Below, piece after piece: positions 27,137 to 41,575 of a stretch of DNA of 64,000 bases. The DNA is from Octopus sinensis. Its lineage: Eukaryota. Position numbers and translations under genes: made by a program. The DNA lies in the NCBI RefSeq assembly GCF_006345805.1, contig NC_043008.1:39742001-39806000 (forward strand), in the 5' to 3' direction. Position 1 is the stretch's first letter. Every line of letters starts with the position of its first letter. Under the pieces are notes generated by a model. That model had not been told where the DNA came from, did no database searches, and saw only the letters and a program-made list of their open reading frames with translations.

Positions 27137-27171
<35 letters not shown>

Positions 27172-27183
27172 ATATAGGCATAT

Positions 27184-27222
<39 letters not shown>

Positions 27223-27399
27223 CTGCCCATCTATCTATTTACTTATTTGTCTATCTATGCATGTATGTATGTATGTACGTACATATGGATGTGTATATGT
27301 ATGTGTGTTTCTTTCTCTCAATCTTTAATACATTTCAGTCCAAATAGTGTGGTCATGCAGTGTTTACCGCCAGTGTTATTACTGTTTCAATGAATATTC

Positions 27400-28755
27400 C
27401 TATGTCACTGGATTTTGGAGACGGAGGGAGTTCAACGTTAATGTCCACTTCTGAGTTTTCTGCCGTGGTGTAGGTTTCGACAATAGATCAAGTTGTTTAT
27501 TGAAACCATGTACCTCCACTACATGTAGATCTACCATGTTATGACAAAGTATTAAATAGTCACGTGCACTTGAATCCCAAGTTATGGCAGTACTTGGTCT
27601 TTAATCTAGACGAGATGGCTGGGGCCTTTGAAACATTGCAGTAACGTCGGGTTCGGGGGCTGTTAAATTTCACGTGACCAAAATTTGGTAACATACCTTC
27701 CAGGTTCTCCCGTATATATATCACTGCCTATCTCTCCCGCCTTTGCCATAGCTCTTTCACTATCCGCCAGTAGCACATCTATACCAGTGATGCAATCTTC
27801 CTCGTATAGTACCGCTGAATTGCTTCAAGTTCCTTCATCAGACACTGTGGACAGACCACAGTTGGAAACAGTAACCGAGATGGCTGAATACAAACTTCCT
27901 CCACACAACCAACAGAACCTCGTTGTCCCTTGTTCTGAGAGTTATAAGAATCCATCCGTCTACTCACTAGTACATTGCCATCATCTCGGTGTCAAGAATG
28001 TGAATCTTCGCTTTATTTCTCATGTCGATCTCAAGATCTCGCCTTGTACTTAACCCTAGGATTACCATTCCTTATGATTCAGAGTATATATATATTACAG
28101 AATACTAGCGCAAGATAGCTGATAGCGGAAGACTTAGAATTTTCCTGCATTAAACTGCATGTTGATTGCTTCAGTTCATTTATATATGGCATATAAACCT
28201 TTCTGTAGCAGCATCGACGTGTCTTTGACTGCTTGTACTTCTTTTGTATCGTCGCCATATCGAGTCATTTTGGGTGTATGTGTAACTGATGTCATGTCAA
28301 AACATGGACCCCAAACGCGAACGGCCCCAAGAGATTTCCTCGAAGCACTTCACTCGCTAATTCAGTTTCCTTGAAGTTTGTCTCACTGGCAGCCACAGAC
28401 TGGCCTATGTCATTTAAGAAGTCATGTAACTAGACTCCCAGCTTGCCGAATGTGCCGAGTCTTCGTAGCTCGTGCAAGCCATCCTATAGGCTACCTTGTC
28501 AAAGTCCTGTGCAAAACAGATCACATTGACGTTTGAACGATTTGTTAGTCGTTTCAGCATCCAATCATAATGTGACAGAAACTGTGTCAAGACAGCTTCT
28601 TCTCGAGCAGAAGCCATGCCGTATATAAGGCATTAAGTCACTATCTTCTGGGAAGGTAATGAGCTTCCTCAAGAAAATGTGTTTCACGCTTTTGCTGATA
28701 TGTGAAGTGAGATAAACACGCATATATTAATTAGCCTCCGCTCTTCTACCACCAT
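27400..28755 (-). mobile_element. Degraded CR1-type LINE ORF2 (RT and C-terminal region)
   Basis: Ordered minus-strand motifs: LTSHISK, HGFCSRRSCLTQFLSHYD, NVNVICFAQDFDKV, YGDDTKEVQ, GWIL...FSHLGYCFQLWS...KELEAIQRYYTRKI, QRRER, LFNTL. Confidence 0.75.
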
Positions 28756-29085
28756 CTTGGTGATATGCATATGTAACGAGGTATCGTTGCTCATATCAAT
28801 CCCAAAATCACGCAACATATGTGGTTCTGGGGTTGCCGCCCTTTTGGTCCAGAGTATTGTTGTGTGACTCTGAGCACCAATTAGGTGGTAGCAGAGGGCA
28901 TGGAATTTGCCAGTATTGAATTGAATGTTGTTGTCCTAAGCCCATTTATATATGGCATTTAAGTGTTTCTGTAGAAGATTAGCATCAGAAAGATACTTCA
29001 CTGCTTGTACTACATTTGCTTCGTCTGCATCCTTAGTAAGTGTGGCTGTCTATGTAACTGATGGCATGTCCGAAAGACCTCCCAA
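28756..29085 (-). mobile_element. Second CR1-type RT fragment
   Basis: DADEANVVQA..IYKWA.DNNIQFNTGKFHALCY..RDFGIDMSND; nucleotide similarity to 28180-28310. Confidence 0.65.
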
Positions 29086-29094
29086 CACATATAT

Positions 29095-29364
29095 ACTCTC
29101 TTACTTGTTTCAGTCATTTGACTGTGGCCATACTGGAGCACCACCTTTAGTCGAGCACATCGACCCCAGGACTTATATTTTGTAAGCGTAGTACTTATTC
29201 TATCGATTTCTTTTGCCCAACCGCTAAGTTATGGGGACATAAACACACCACCATCGGTTGTCAAGCGATGTTGGGGGGACTAACAGCGACACACAAACAT
29301 ACACACAGAGTCACACACAGACACACACAAACATACACACAGAGTCACACACAGACACACACAA

Positions 29365-29395
<31 letters not shown>

Positions 29396-29576
29396 TATAT
29401 ATATATATATACATACATACGACGGGTTTCTTTCAGTTTCCGTCATCCAAATCTACTCACAAGGCTTTGGTTGGCCCGAGACTATAGTAGAAGACAGTTA
29501 CCGAAGGTGGCACGCAGTGGGACTGAACCCGGAACCATGTAGTTCGTAAGCAAGCTACTTACTACACTATGCCTGC
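29095..29576 (-). mobile_element. SINE family B, full length with expanded internal (CA)n
   Basis: Reverse-complement match to family B head and tail. Confidence 0.85.
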
Positions 29577-31038
29577 ATATGTGTATGCGTATATATATGT
29601 GCATATTTGTGCATATTTGTATACGCATATTTGTTTGTGTGCATACGTGTGTAGTTACCAAATTATTATCAGTTAATTCAACAGAAACATGGTTCATTAT
29701 CTTATTCATGCTCTGTCACTTGGCTGTAAAATTCACGAAATTTTATGAAGGTTTTTCCGCTAAATATAGTTAATTTTTGGCAAATTGTAAGAGGCGACTC
29801 GGAATGTATTGAAAATATAATGTATGAACCATTGTGACAGTATGTTTTTATGAAATTGAAAAATTTTTTTTTGAGTTTGTGTAGTTATTTATTGTTTGTT
29901 ATATACCTAGATTTGGAAATATTACTATACTGTTTCCGCTATACGTTGCCATACATATAATATTCTCGTGTGATCTTGGTACTATGTCAGACAATTGCAT
30001 ATATCCAGTATCGTTAAATTTAAGTGTGGACATGAATTACAAAGCAAAATGCTTGCAGATGATACATGCTTTGATATTTGAATACAATGAAGTAACTGGA
30101 GACTCTTTCTTTTTTTTTTTTTTTGGTAGAGGTGAAGAGGGCAATTCAAAATTTTAAGCATATCAGGAGATCAAAAATGTTTGAATAGGAATATAGTCGA
30201 TGAAATGGAGTCTAGTGCTTGACCGTTATGTATTCCACCATAACAGACGTTATGAATAGCTACGAGAAAGGTTAATGGACTTGCGTGTTGTATTCAAACT
30301 ATAAATGATCATTAATAATATAGATGCACATGGCTACAGAAACTTGGAGATTAGTTTATTTGAATAAATGTGCGTTACTAATTAAATTGTGGTTATAGTA
30401 TCGACATTTGAAGGAGGGAATGCAAGCTGCGATCACGGTTGGATTGCAACATAGAATTTAAAGAGACTTAAATACTCTACTGAGTCAGTATGTTACGGAT
30501 CTGCAAGAAATATGAATAGTGACGCCGTTGTCATCGATCCGATGATAGTTATGGTCAAACGACAACGACAGTGATGATAACATGATGGTGCGATGATCAT
30601 TTTTTGGATGAGTGCGAGGTATTTCTGTGGATGCTGCATTTAATCGAAATGGCTTTCGTATTTATTCTTATCTTATTTCATTACGTTAAGACGCTGAAAT
30701 TATTAATGGCGGCCTCCTGAGAAAATCACTTCAGCGTTATTTTTTTCCCTCCATTTTTGGCTTTGCTTTTTATATACAAAACGTCTTATTGCTTTTCTTA
30801 CCTTGTTGTACGCTCTGGGTTAAAGTGTGGCCGAGCTCAACTTTGTTTAATCATCCTTTCAGAGTAGATGAAATAAACCACTCGTCAAGTAACAGGATCA
30901 ACGATATCGACTGACCCCGTCCACTGGAAATCTCAAACATTCTGCCTAAATTAGAAATTACTAACGCGGGAGATTTAAAGTCGGAAAATAAAGGGTCACT
31001 ACTCAAGTCTATGTATCTTGCGTCATTCACCTCTTTTC

Positions 31039-31163
31039 AATAATAATAATAATATAATATAATAATAATAATAATAATAATAATGATAATAATAATAATA
31101 ATAATAATAATAGTAATGATGATGATAATAATAATGATAATAATAATAATGATGATGATGATA

Positions 31164-31201
<38 letters not shown>

Positions 31202-31378
31202 TAATAATAATATAATGATAATAATAATAATAATAATAATAGTAATGATGATGATAATAATAATGATAATAATAATAATAATAATGATGATGATGATAAT
31301 AATAATAATAATAATAATATAATAGTAATGATGATGATAATAACAATGATAATAATGATAATAATGATGATGATGATG

Positions 31379-31435
<57 letters not shown>
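31039..31435. repeat. ~400-bp (AAT)n/(GAT)n tract; others at 32021-32261, 41008-41163, 49816-49944, 50545-50777, 50929-51125, 56818-56937
   Basis: Direct reading; source of the poly-I/N/Y/L/D ORFs. Confidence 0.95.
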
Positions 31436-32017
31436 TGTGGAGATGGACAAGAAACAATAAATCATATTATCTCTAGCTGCCCAGTCCTGGCTAAGATGGA
31501 ATATATTCACAGACATGACAGAGTTGGAACCTACATACATTGGAAGCTATGCCAACATTATGGAATAACAACAGAAAAAAGATGGTATAGGCACACACCA
31601 GAAAAGGTCACAGAAAACGAGAAAGCAACCATACTCTGGGATATGCCGATACACACAGATAAAGAAATTAAGGCCAACAGACCAGATATAGTTGTCAGAG
31701 ATCATGAAGAAAAAAAATGCTTTCTAATTGAGGTATCAATACCGGCAGATGACAACGTGTCTCCAAAAGAAATGGAGAAACTCTCAAAATACAAAGACCT
31801 GGAAATAGAGGTAACTAGAATGTGGAATCTGAAAACAGAAACAATTCATATCATAGTAGGTGCATTAGGCATGATAAAAAAAACATTCAGACAAATACAT
31901 AACAAAAACACCAGGACTTACAAACACATATAACATACAGAAAATTACAGCACATACCCAAGGCACACAGAGTTGCGCTCGGTAGTGAAGTGAAAGCACG
32001 CTATAAAAATAAAACTA

Positions 32018-32020
<3 letters not shown>
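31436..32020 (+). mobile_element. Young 5'-truncated R4/Dong-type LINE: CCHC zinc knuckle, restriction-like endonuclease and 3' UTR
   Basis: Open frame CGDGQETINHIISSC..RHD..ILWD..NRPDIVV..IEVSIP..EKLSKYKDL..IIVGALG carries the C..H..C, RHD, PD..E and K..KY motifs of RLE-class non-LTR elements. Embedded in (AAT)n on both sides. Confidence 0.92.
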
Positions 32021-32073
<53 letters not shown>

Positions 32074-32150
32074 TAATAATAATAATAATAATTATAGTAA
32101 CGATGATGATAATAATAATGATAATAATAATAATGATAATAATGATGATG

Positions 32151-32235
<85 letters not shown>

Positions 32236-32897
32236 TAATAATGATAATAATAATAATAATAGTTTTCTATCTTACGTACAAAGCCTTGATATTTAGAATA
32301 TGGAAATTCGATATAACTTTGAAGAATGAACTGAAAATTCGCTTATCAATATATTTAAAGTTAAAAATGAATGAGACGCATGTAAATGTCACCAGGCGAC
32401 TTATAAAATTATAACAATCAAAAACATTATATAAAAATTAGCTCATGTGTTGTTTTCCACTATTGGAATTATAGGGATCTGTTAAACTGGCTTCTCTTCG
32501 ACCATATCTCTCAGAGAAATAACATCGCACTAGTCAACTGTTCACATCTCTCTAAAAGGGGGAAAGTGCTCAAGAGATTGTCCTTTTATCCATATATTTA
32601 ATATTAACGTTTATGTGCCTTTGTCTCTTATAAAGAATGAATAATTAATGAGCAGGTCAGTTTTTGCTAGCTGACCTTGTGTTAACTTCTCATCATGAGG
32701 TCTGTATTATTGTGCTATATTATATCTCTCTCTCTCTCTCGTTGAGGGAGATTAACTCCTCAGGTCAGCAAGTGCTATCTCTGAATGCTTAAAACATTGC
32801 TATGCATGTCTACAACATTTCACGAACCAATGCTTTTTCACGTATCTACATATTTTTGTCATAGAAAAGCATTATCTATATTATTACAATAGTGAAG

Positions 32898-33330
32898 ATG
32901 GTGGGCTGATAGAGTCGTTAGCCTACCGGGTAAAATGCTTAGCGATATTTCGTCCGTTTTTATGTTCTGAGTTCAAATTCCTTAAAGGTCGATTTTGCCT
33001 TTCATTCTTTCGTGATCGATAAAATAAGTACCAGTTGAGCGACCACTGGAGACGAAATAATCGATTTGCTCACTCCTCATTACTTGCTGGCCTTGTGCCA
33101 AAGTTTGAAATTAATATTGTTACATTAGTGAAGAATTATTGGCAAGCCGAGCAAAAAGCATTTCGTCCGTGTTTATGACCTGATGTCAAATTCCGCAAAG
33201 GCCGAATTTACATTCCATCCTTTCGGGTTAGTGTTAGGGTTAGAAATGCCAGTTGGGGACTTCGGTCGATGTAATCGAGATACTCTTATCCCACCAAATC
33301 CCTGGCATTCTACCAAAACCTTGAGATCAA
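32898..33330 (+). mobile_element. Two tandem SINE family C copies (32898-33112, 33140-33330)
   Basis: Each has the ..ttcgtccgt..tcaaattcc..ttcat.ctttcg core and the 3' gtcgatgtaatcga-like module. Confidence 0.7.
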
Positions 33331-34814
33331 TATTATTAAATTTGTGTTATTTCAAAATTTTTCAAAGCAATAGAATTTTTGTGGAGCTGGGTGGGGGAGA
33401 ATAATTTTATAATATTCATTCACCTAAAAGGAACATTGCTTTGTGAGCCTGTCATTGCATTTGCGAAAATCTGGAAGCTATTAAAGATAGTATATACATT
33501 GTATATTTGAATGAAAATTTTCTATGAGTGAAGAAGAAAAATAATTATTCAGTTAAATAGTCTAACAGGAAACAGTAAATGAAATCGAAACAGCATCGCG
33601 GAATCTACCAACATTATAGTGGTATAGTCAATGCTTAACAGATTTTAAACATTGACTCACAAACTAGTAATTATGAATTTGATTATTATTACATACTTTA
33701 GTACTCATTCTTTTTTTTCTTTCTTTTATCATAAGTGTGTAGAATCGTTAGTACTTCGGTGAGAAAGCAATGAGTGTATTTGTTCCGGTTTTCTATATCC
33801 TGAATCCAAATCCTGTCGCAGCACATTTTTAGGTTTCATTATACTAAGGTCGAAATCATAAATTGCTGAGATCAATTTCTCTCTCTGTTCATTATCTTTT
33901 CGCAAAATCGACAACATGGCGGTGCTACAAAGAAACTTTCATACGTTGTCCCTGCAATTCTTTCAATATATGTAATTATGACAAGAAGTTTAACGTTTGT
34001 CGTGTCAACTGGTGTATTTTACTCGAGAAAAAATATTCTATTAATGTTACTTATCCGACTTATTGTGTTGATTCTGAGAGACGATATTAGAAATTCTACT
34101 CACAACGAATTTGAATACGGTACTTAACGAATAGGTAGGTGTATACCACACGCTACCTTAGTCCTTCATTCTAGCATCACCGTCATTGCACTGGTGTGAA
34201 ACGATATTTATTAACGCTTACTTTAAAGAAATATAATAAGACTGACATTTCTGTAGAAAGTATTTACAAGACTAGCTTTCCCCTCATTTTTTTTTTTTTT
34301 TGCATTTATCAAATTCATTTCAATCAAGTATTATCTAATCTAGGATCTTTCTCTAACGGGTACATTCAATGAGAGCATTGCGTGACACATTGGTATTCTA
34401 GACACTTCACCTATATGACTAACGCAAATACTAGCAAACCAATAAAATAGTATTTAGATTTTAAAACATTCGTCGCGGCGTTAATTCTTTGAACGATTCT
34501 AATCTATTTAACTCAAACTATTTTGGCACTTACAAAAGTGATAATGAAGTTCTCGTTATATTAGCTGATATTGTGGTTGCTTTAATTTTGACACTGAGTT
34601 ATTCACTCTCGAATTTAAGTAACACACCTATTAGAATTTTTGGTTTTTCAATAACTCTGAGAGCAAAAAAGAAAGCGAAAAGAGATTTTACTGGAAGTGT
34701 GCATAAAAAATGGCACTGAAGAATTGTTCGAATATGTATTCGGCAAAGATGTGGTCTCATCTTGAAATCTTCTGGTCGTTGTTGATTGTATTAATCTCGA
34801 TGGAAATAATTCTT

Positions 34815-34992
34815 CTACTTTAGGTTCTGGAATTTTGTGGGGAGGAACTAGTCGAACAACCAGTACATATTTTCTAGACCACGAAAAGAGGAAAGGCAAA
34901 GTTGACCGTGACAGCATTTGAAGTCAGAACGTAAAGACGGGTGAAATACTTCTCAGCGTGTTGTTACGTATACTAGCGATTCTGCAGTCCCG
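34815..34992 (-). mobile_element. SINE family C, degenerate
   Basis: gaaaggcaaagttgacc..atttgaagtcagaacgtaaagacgggtgaaatac. Confidence 0.65.
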
Positions 34993-35011
34993 CAATGCTG
35001 CTGCTACTACA

Positions 35012-35135
<124 letters not shown>

Positions 35136-35164
35136 GTAAAGTGCAGACATGATTACACAACTGA

Positions 35165-36220
35165 CAACAACAGCAGAAAGTGTGGCGAGTGGTGTAGAAT
35201 TGTATAGCACCTTGTGAATGCCCAAAATTGGCCCAACGCGAATACAAAAGACAACATGACAATGTGGCAAAATGATCCATTGGGAGCTCTGTGGAAATTA
35301 TGGCGTAGGAAGATCAAAGGCATGGTATGCCCAAATCCCAGAGGGAGTTAGTAGCAATGAAAAATGTAAAATCCTTTGCGATGCAATGATTAAGTGTGAC
35401 CGCCAAATCAGACATCGAAAACTTGACATTACTGTGGTGAACAAAAAAAAAAATCGAGAGAAAAAAGAAGATACGCACGATAATCGACATAGCATATCCC
35501 GCAGAAAACAAGATCGAAGAGAAAGAAGAAAAACAGTTGATCAACTATCAGAAATTGAAGTGAGGATGTGCGCAGTGGAGAGAGTGGACGTGATACCAAT
35601 ACTTATTAGCGTGCTTGGAAGTATCAACACTCAACTACTAACATATCTCAAAATGATTGGTACAAATGTAAAGAGAGAACATCTACAAAAGCAAACATTG
35701 CTTGGAACAGCCAGAATTATTCGCAGAATTAGGAGCAGGAGTGGCTGTGTGGTAAGTAGCTTCCGGGTTCAGTCCCTCTGCGTGGCAACTTGGGCAAGTG
35801 TCTTCTGCTATAGCCCCGGGCCGACCAATGCCTTGTGAGTGGATTTGGTAGACGGAAACTGAAAAAGCCTGTCGTATATATGTACATATATGTATATGTA
35901 TATGTGTATGTGTGTGTTTGTGTGTCTGTGTTTGTCTCCCTAGCATTGCTTGACAACCGATGCTGGTGTGTTTACGTCCCCGTCACTTAGCGGTTCGGCA
36001 AAAGAGACCGATAGAATAAGTACTGGGCTTACAAAGAATAATTCCCGGGGTCGATTTGCTCGACTAAAGGCGGTGCTCCAGCATGGCCGCAGTCAAATGA
36101 CTGAAACAAGTAAAAGAGTAAAGAGAGTAAAGAGTTCTTGAAGCATGATCAGTAAACAAATGCCACCTTAGTAAGCTGGCTGTGGACAGCTGACTCCTTC
36201 CACATCATACCTAGCAAAAT
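35165..36220 (+). mobile_element. R4/Dong-type LINE 3' fragment split by a SINE
   Basis: CPKLAQREYKRQHDNVAKMIHWELC..KILCD..HRKLDI..LQKQTLLGTARIIR, then the SINE, then VLEA*. The 3' UTR matches 51225-51353. Confidence 0.85.
35731..36133 (+). mobile_element. SINE family B nested in the LINE
   Basis: Full family B copy with a small deletion in the head. Confidence 0.9.
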
Positions 36221-36318
36221 AATAATGACGACGATGATGATGACAACGACGGCGTAGACGAAAATAATGACGATGATGATGATGATGACGATAAAGATAC
36301 GACAACTGTAACATATTC

Positions 36319-36760
36319 AACGACAATATATTCAAGGTTTCAGGATATAGTTATCTTAATCAGACTTACAATATTTCATCATGCAATGAGATGTGAATAA
36401 GCGTTGAGCCGTTTATCACAAGCTGACTTCTGCGCTTTGAAAATCATATAAAATCTGTTCAGAAATTTTAATCTCTCCCTACACTCATACTGGCATTAAT
36501 ATTTCAAACTATTGTTATTCCTAGGATTCGCTGTGTAAAGGATCTGATTAAATCTTTTGAAAGATTCATGTATGCCACTTTTTGTTTCTCTCTTCAATTA
36601 CCCTTGAAATCAGCAGTCTCCTCAATAAAAAAATGTATCCAATAACTAACCATCCATACATTGGTCCATTGAGATGCCTGTAGACCGCAAAGTCAGCTGC
36701 AGTCAGGTAAATATACCATGCGGTTCTTTTAACATAGATGCTCTGCTTTCAAATCACGCA
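36319..36760. repeat. Dispersed ~450-bp diverged duplicate, copy 2
   Basis: Collinear with 19239-19706, same orientation. Confidence 0.8.
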
Positions 36761-36812
36761 TCCTTCTTCCTGGAAATAATCCTTTTGGGAATTCGACATA
36801 TATTATATATAT

Positions 36813-36854
<42 letters not shown>

Positions 36855-36934
36855 ATATATATTATATATATATATATACACATATATATATACATACACA
36901 TCTACATACACACATACATTCTGGTAGTAGTAAC

Positions 36935-37134
36935 GGACTGGCAGAATCGTTACCGCGCGAGCAAGATGCTTAGTGGTATTTCGTCTTTTCATTGCGGGTT
37001 CACATTTCGCCGAGGTCGACTTTGCACTTCGTTCTTTCGAGGTCGACAAAATAAACACCAGTTGAAAATTGGGGTCGATGCAAATGACTTACCCATGCCC
37101 CAAAATTGCTGGCCATGTTCCAAAATTTGAAACC
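36935..37134 (+). mobile_element. SINE family C
   Basis: ctggcagaatcgttaccgcgc..ccgaggtcgactttgc..ggggtcgatgcaaatgactt..aaaatttgaaacc. Confidence 0.8.
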
Positions 37135-39994
37135 AATAATAAATGGTCTTATCATAAATCACGGATGCTCTTTTCTTTTCTTCCACCGAGAGAAAAAAAT
37201 ATCTATGAAGCAGAAGACGAAAACTTTCCAACGTAAAAATCTAGAGAATAAAATGATTCTGTTTTCTTTCTCTCTCCATCACTATCATAATAGCAAGTCC
37301 AGCAATCAAAAACAACTTACACACACACACACACACACACCACACACACACACACACACACGCACACATGTATGTATATAAATACATATATACATGTATA
37401 TATGTACTCTCATATTGAAATGCATGCACGCATATATACACACAGAGACACTCATGGAGTTATAAATGTCTAGCAAGTGACTTGATGTGAGATCACATGT
37501 TGAAAGTGAATAACCATTTAATAACACTCAAAGCTATTAAATTCTTCTTAAATATAAAAAAAATCTCTTTTATGATGTGTCAAAATTTTTGTCGTATACA
37601 ACACCGTTCTGGTCAGTGACATATTTTCACCGTTTCTCATCATATAATGTCGACTGATTTCGATAAAAATAATGATGTTGCTGACGTAGATTATCATAGA
37701 TATGATGCTGATGATGCTAATGATGATGATGACGATGATGACGATGATGACGAAGACGACGTCGACGATGACGACAACGATGGGATATCTTGCTGTTTAT
37801 GGGATATCTCGCTGTTTGCCTAGACAGCAAATAAATGCCAAAATTAGCGACCATATATCCAGGGCATGTAAAAGCATCGACACATGTATGCACTTAGTCA
37901 CACAGTTCCTGATCTGAAAATGTATTTAAAAGCAAATGGACACACGTATTCACACACAAGCACTCAGGCAAACGCGAAAATATATAAAACAAGTAATTAC
38001 ACATACGCATGCATACATTTATAAATATAATATTTGTGAAAAGTATTTGTGTATAGATTCACCTGCATTATGTTACATGGACATTATCCATACACACGCG
38101 TTCGTACAAACAGAGTTATGTGCATCTAATAACTTGTTTGAGTTATTTGTATTCACTTTAAATTCTGTATATTGAAGAAAGGAAGAATATAAATATCTAA
38201 AGGTTAGGAAGTCGAACTAAATTCTTCGATATTTAGCACTATTTGCTTACAGTTTTTCGCAAAAATATAAACATTGTCCTATTTTTTTTCAAAAAGGTTA
38301 TTAATTTAAATTGATAAATGAAACTATAACTTTCTCGGTGTCACATTAACATATTACATTCAATTATTTGCATCATTTGTTGAAAATATAAAATCGAACG
38401 AAGTTATAAAGAGTAACGAGATGGAAACTTATGCGTTTATGGCTCGTGTATCCCCTAAACACGCCATCGCTTCTTCACGTACTGAACAGCCAGCACCGGC
38501 AGGTATTCCCCTTCAACTAAGTGAACTGAAACAACGTGAAGCAGAAGATCTTGCTGGAGGACAGAATGTGAAGCATGGTCTTATCATCGAATCCGAGAGA
38601 ATTGGCTGTAAATCAAACAATCCCAAATACTAGTTCAAACATCTTCGTTCTGTGGGGCTGATAGTCTAAGCTTCATATGAAATTAACTTATTGTTCCAAG
38701 CGTTAGAAAAAATAGAGTAAGTTACACCAGTGAATATTTAGTTCATTCGCTTTACGTCCTCAGTTCAAATATATCTTTGAATTTGGAAATTTCGACGTTA
38801 AATACGTAGCGAAGGGTTAAATGATCTCCACAATTAGAATTCAATTTTTTTTCCTTCCACGTACATAGAAATAATTCAATTTTGTATTACATATTTCATT
38901 ATGTGTCTCATTATTTCACCTGTCATTTCTTTGAATACAATTCCCTCATAATTGTTTTATTCTTTTATTTCCTGTTTCCTACTTTCTTTTCGGTAGTCAT
39001 ACGACGCTGCGCACAGATACAATCGAATGTACACAAAGAAAAGCACAAACATACAATGTACCCTTTCTATTCATATATAGTTTATACTTTATTATGAATA
39101 GTGAAACAGCTGATGACAAAAGAAGCGCGTCAGAAACTGCCACGAAATTTTCATTTACATTCAAGGCTCTCGGGTATATTTATCGCATCCGGTCTTCAGT
39201 AAAAATAAATGCAAATAGTATGGATTATTTTTCTAATAACTATAAATCCAGCTGCACTTGACAATTTCATTTAATATTGATCTTAGAAAGGTAAATTTTG
39301 ACGAAACCTCTTAATAATTTCAACCTCATCTAAAAAGTCTTATTCGACAGTTGCTCAATTAAATAACATTTACGATTATACCTTGTATTAAATTCTTTTC
39401 TTATTTATTCTCTGTCGTGGCAATAAGTGAATACAAAACGTCTCATACTCTTCTCAGGAAAATTGTTGACGTAAATGAAATACACTTGTTTCAAACAAGG
39501 ATTGGCCGTATAGATCGTAATAACATGTTGTTTTTGCAATGGCGGAAATACCATATATATATCGCTGTTCTGTGACTCGAGAAAAGCTGGAGACTGTGGT
39601 GGCCATTCATATCCTAAATATAAAGCTCTACTCTTCTCCTTCAAGCAGCTTTAAGTGAGACGCGTCTCAAAACGCTGCACCAGAAATCACTGTCTCCATC
39701 ATCATTGGTAGATCTACGTGCTGTGTCTTTGCGAATGGCAACAATGTACATGAGTGGTCTCCTATTAAAGATACTAAATCTCTCCAAACTATAGTATCCA
39801 AAATGGCCTTTTCTGCAGCATGATAGAAGTGGACACAACATCCTAACCTGTTATATATTCAAAACTATTGGTTCTTTTGGGGTATACTTTAATAGGTTTT
39901 GATTTAACTGACAGAAAATTTAAAACGGTGTGAATGTAATGATCTTTATCAGATGAAAATTTGAAGCATATGATCGCATCGATCTTTATATATT

Positions 39995-40392
39995 TTATTT
40001 CTTTCTGTCATTCGACTGCGGCCATGCTTAAGCATCGCATTCAAAGATTTATTCAAATAAATTGACGCTTATTTTTCTTTCTAAAACCGAGTGCACACTA
40101 TATCGGTTGCTTTTTGCCGAATCGATATGTTACAAAGACAGAAAGGAACCAGGAGCCGTTGACAAGCGGTCGTGAGAGCAAGCACAAACATAAAGATACA
40201 CTCGATACATCTATACATTTATATAAACACGACGGACTTCTTGCAGTTTCTGATGCCCCAAACTACTCACAAAGCTTTAGTCGTCTTGGGGCTATAATAG
40301 AAGAAGCTTGCTCATGGTACTACGCAGTAAGTTTGAAGCCAGAATCTTGTGGTTGAGAAGTATGCCTATTGCTACACAGTCACGTCTGCGAC
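39995..40392 (-). mobile_element. SINE family B, old degenerate copy
   Basis: gtcattcgactgcggccatgct..tttttgccgaatcg..ctcacaaagcttt..gctataatagaaga. Confidence 0.65.
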
Positions 40393-41037
40393 TATATATC
40401 TAGAAATGTTAATTATATAATCTTGAGCTCTATGGAAACGAAAAATCGCATATTGAGACATTTAAACTCACTCATGTTTTCAAACATGAGTAAATCTCAG
40501 AACACAATTTTATTGTGATGAAATTAAAAGGCATATTTCGGATAGAATGACACACAGAGACCCCTTAAATTACTCCTTTAAAAAAAATGAAAGGTTAGTA
40601 ATTTTGAAAAGGAGGATTATAGTTGATGGAATAAACCCTTGTACAAAGCAGGTATGTTTTGAAGTCTCAGTCACTGCATTCCAAACTTGATATTGAATTG
40701 CCTCTCAAAGATCGTGTCTTTAGTCGGGAGAACGATTCTCGGACACGGCCGTGCGTTGTTTCATAAAGCAAGGTTCCTCATTGCACGTCACTCTACACCG
40801 CTCAGCCACAAATGAATGTCTGAGTAACTCACATGCGATGTACAAGTCAGGGAAAGAGTTAAGAGTAAACTTTTATGCCTTGGAATAAATATGACTCGCC
40901 AATACTGAGATTCAAAAGAACGAATGCTCGGCTTATGGTTTACTGCAGTTCTTAATCTAGAAAGTGTAGTAGGTCATGTAGAGGTTTCAAGAAATATACA
41001 GCAGACATGATGATGATGATGGTGTTGTTGATGTTGT

Positions 41038-41068
<31 letters not shown>

Positions 41069-41075
41069 AATAATG

Positions 41076-41126
<51 letters not shown>

Positions 41127-41544
41127 TTGATGATGATGATGATGATAATCATAGTAATAATAATGGGACCTCTCACTGACTGAATAATAAGTGGCTTCTG
41201 AATATAGGTTTCTTGTTATAAAGAAATGCGATAAGATTGTAATACGAGTCAGTGCTAGATCATATAATTAACATTTGGTAACATGACACACAACTGACTT
41301 TATCTTGTATCATTTAGTAAGCATAATATAAGTACGAATAATATATAGGAAGCAGTAATCAGATCGCAGACAATTTTCGTTATTTATTTTCTCTTTCTTT
41401 CTTTTTTTTTCACATTGCTACGATTTTATTCTTTTCATCGTTATTATTAACTTTGTCGTCCTCAAATTTGCTGTCGACTTTTGTTGACATCGCTGCTTCC
41501 ATTATCACTGTTAGCACTATGATCCCCATCCGGTTACTTCTCGG

Positions 41545-41575
<31 letters not shown>

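Noticed and set aside
31328-31933. 201-aa ORF as a host gene
   Set aside because: The N-terminus is the (AAT/GAT)n tract and the remainder is the endonuclease end of a 5'-truncated R4/Dong LINE.
39108-39145. CTGATGA...GAAAC hammerhead candidate
   Set aside because: No stem II directly after CUGAUGA, and no convincing NUH triplet or stem I.
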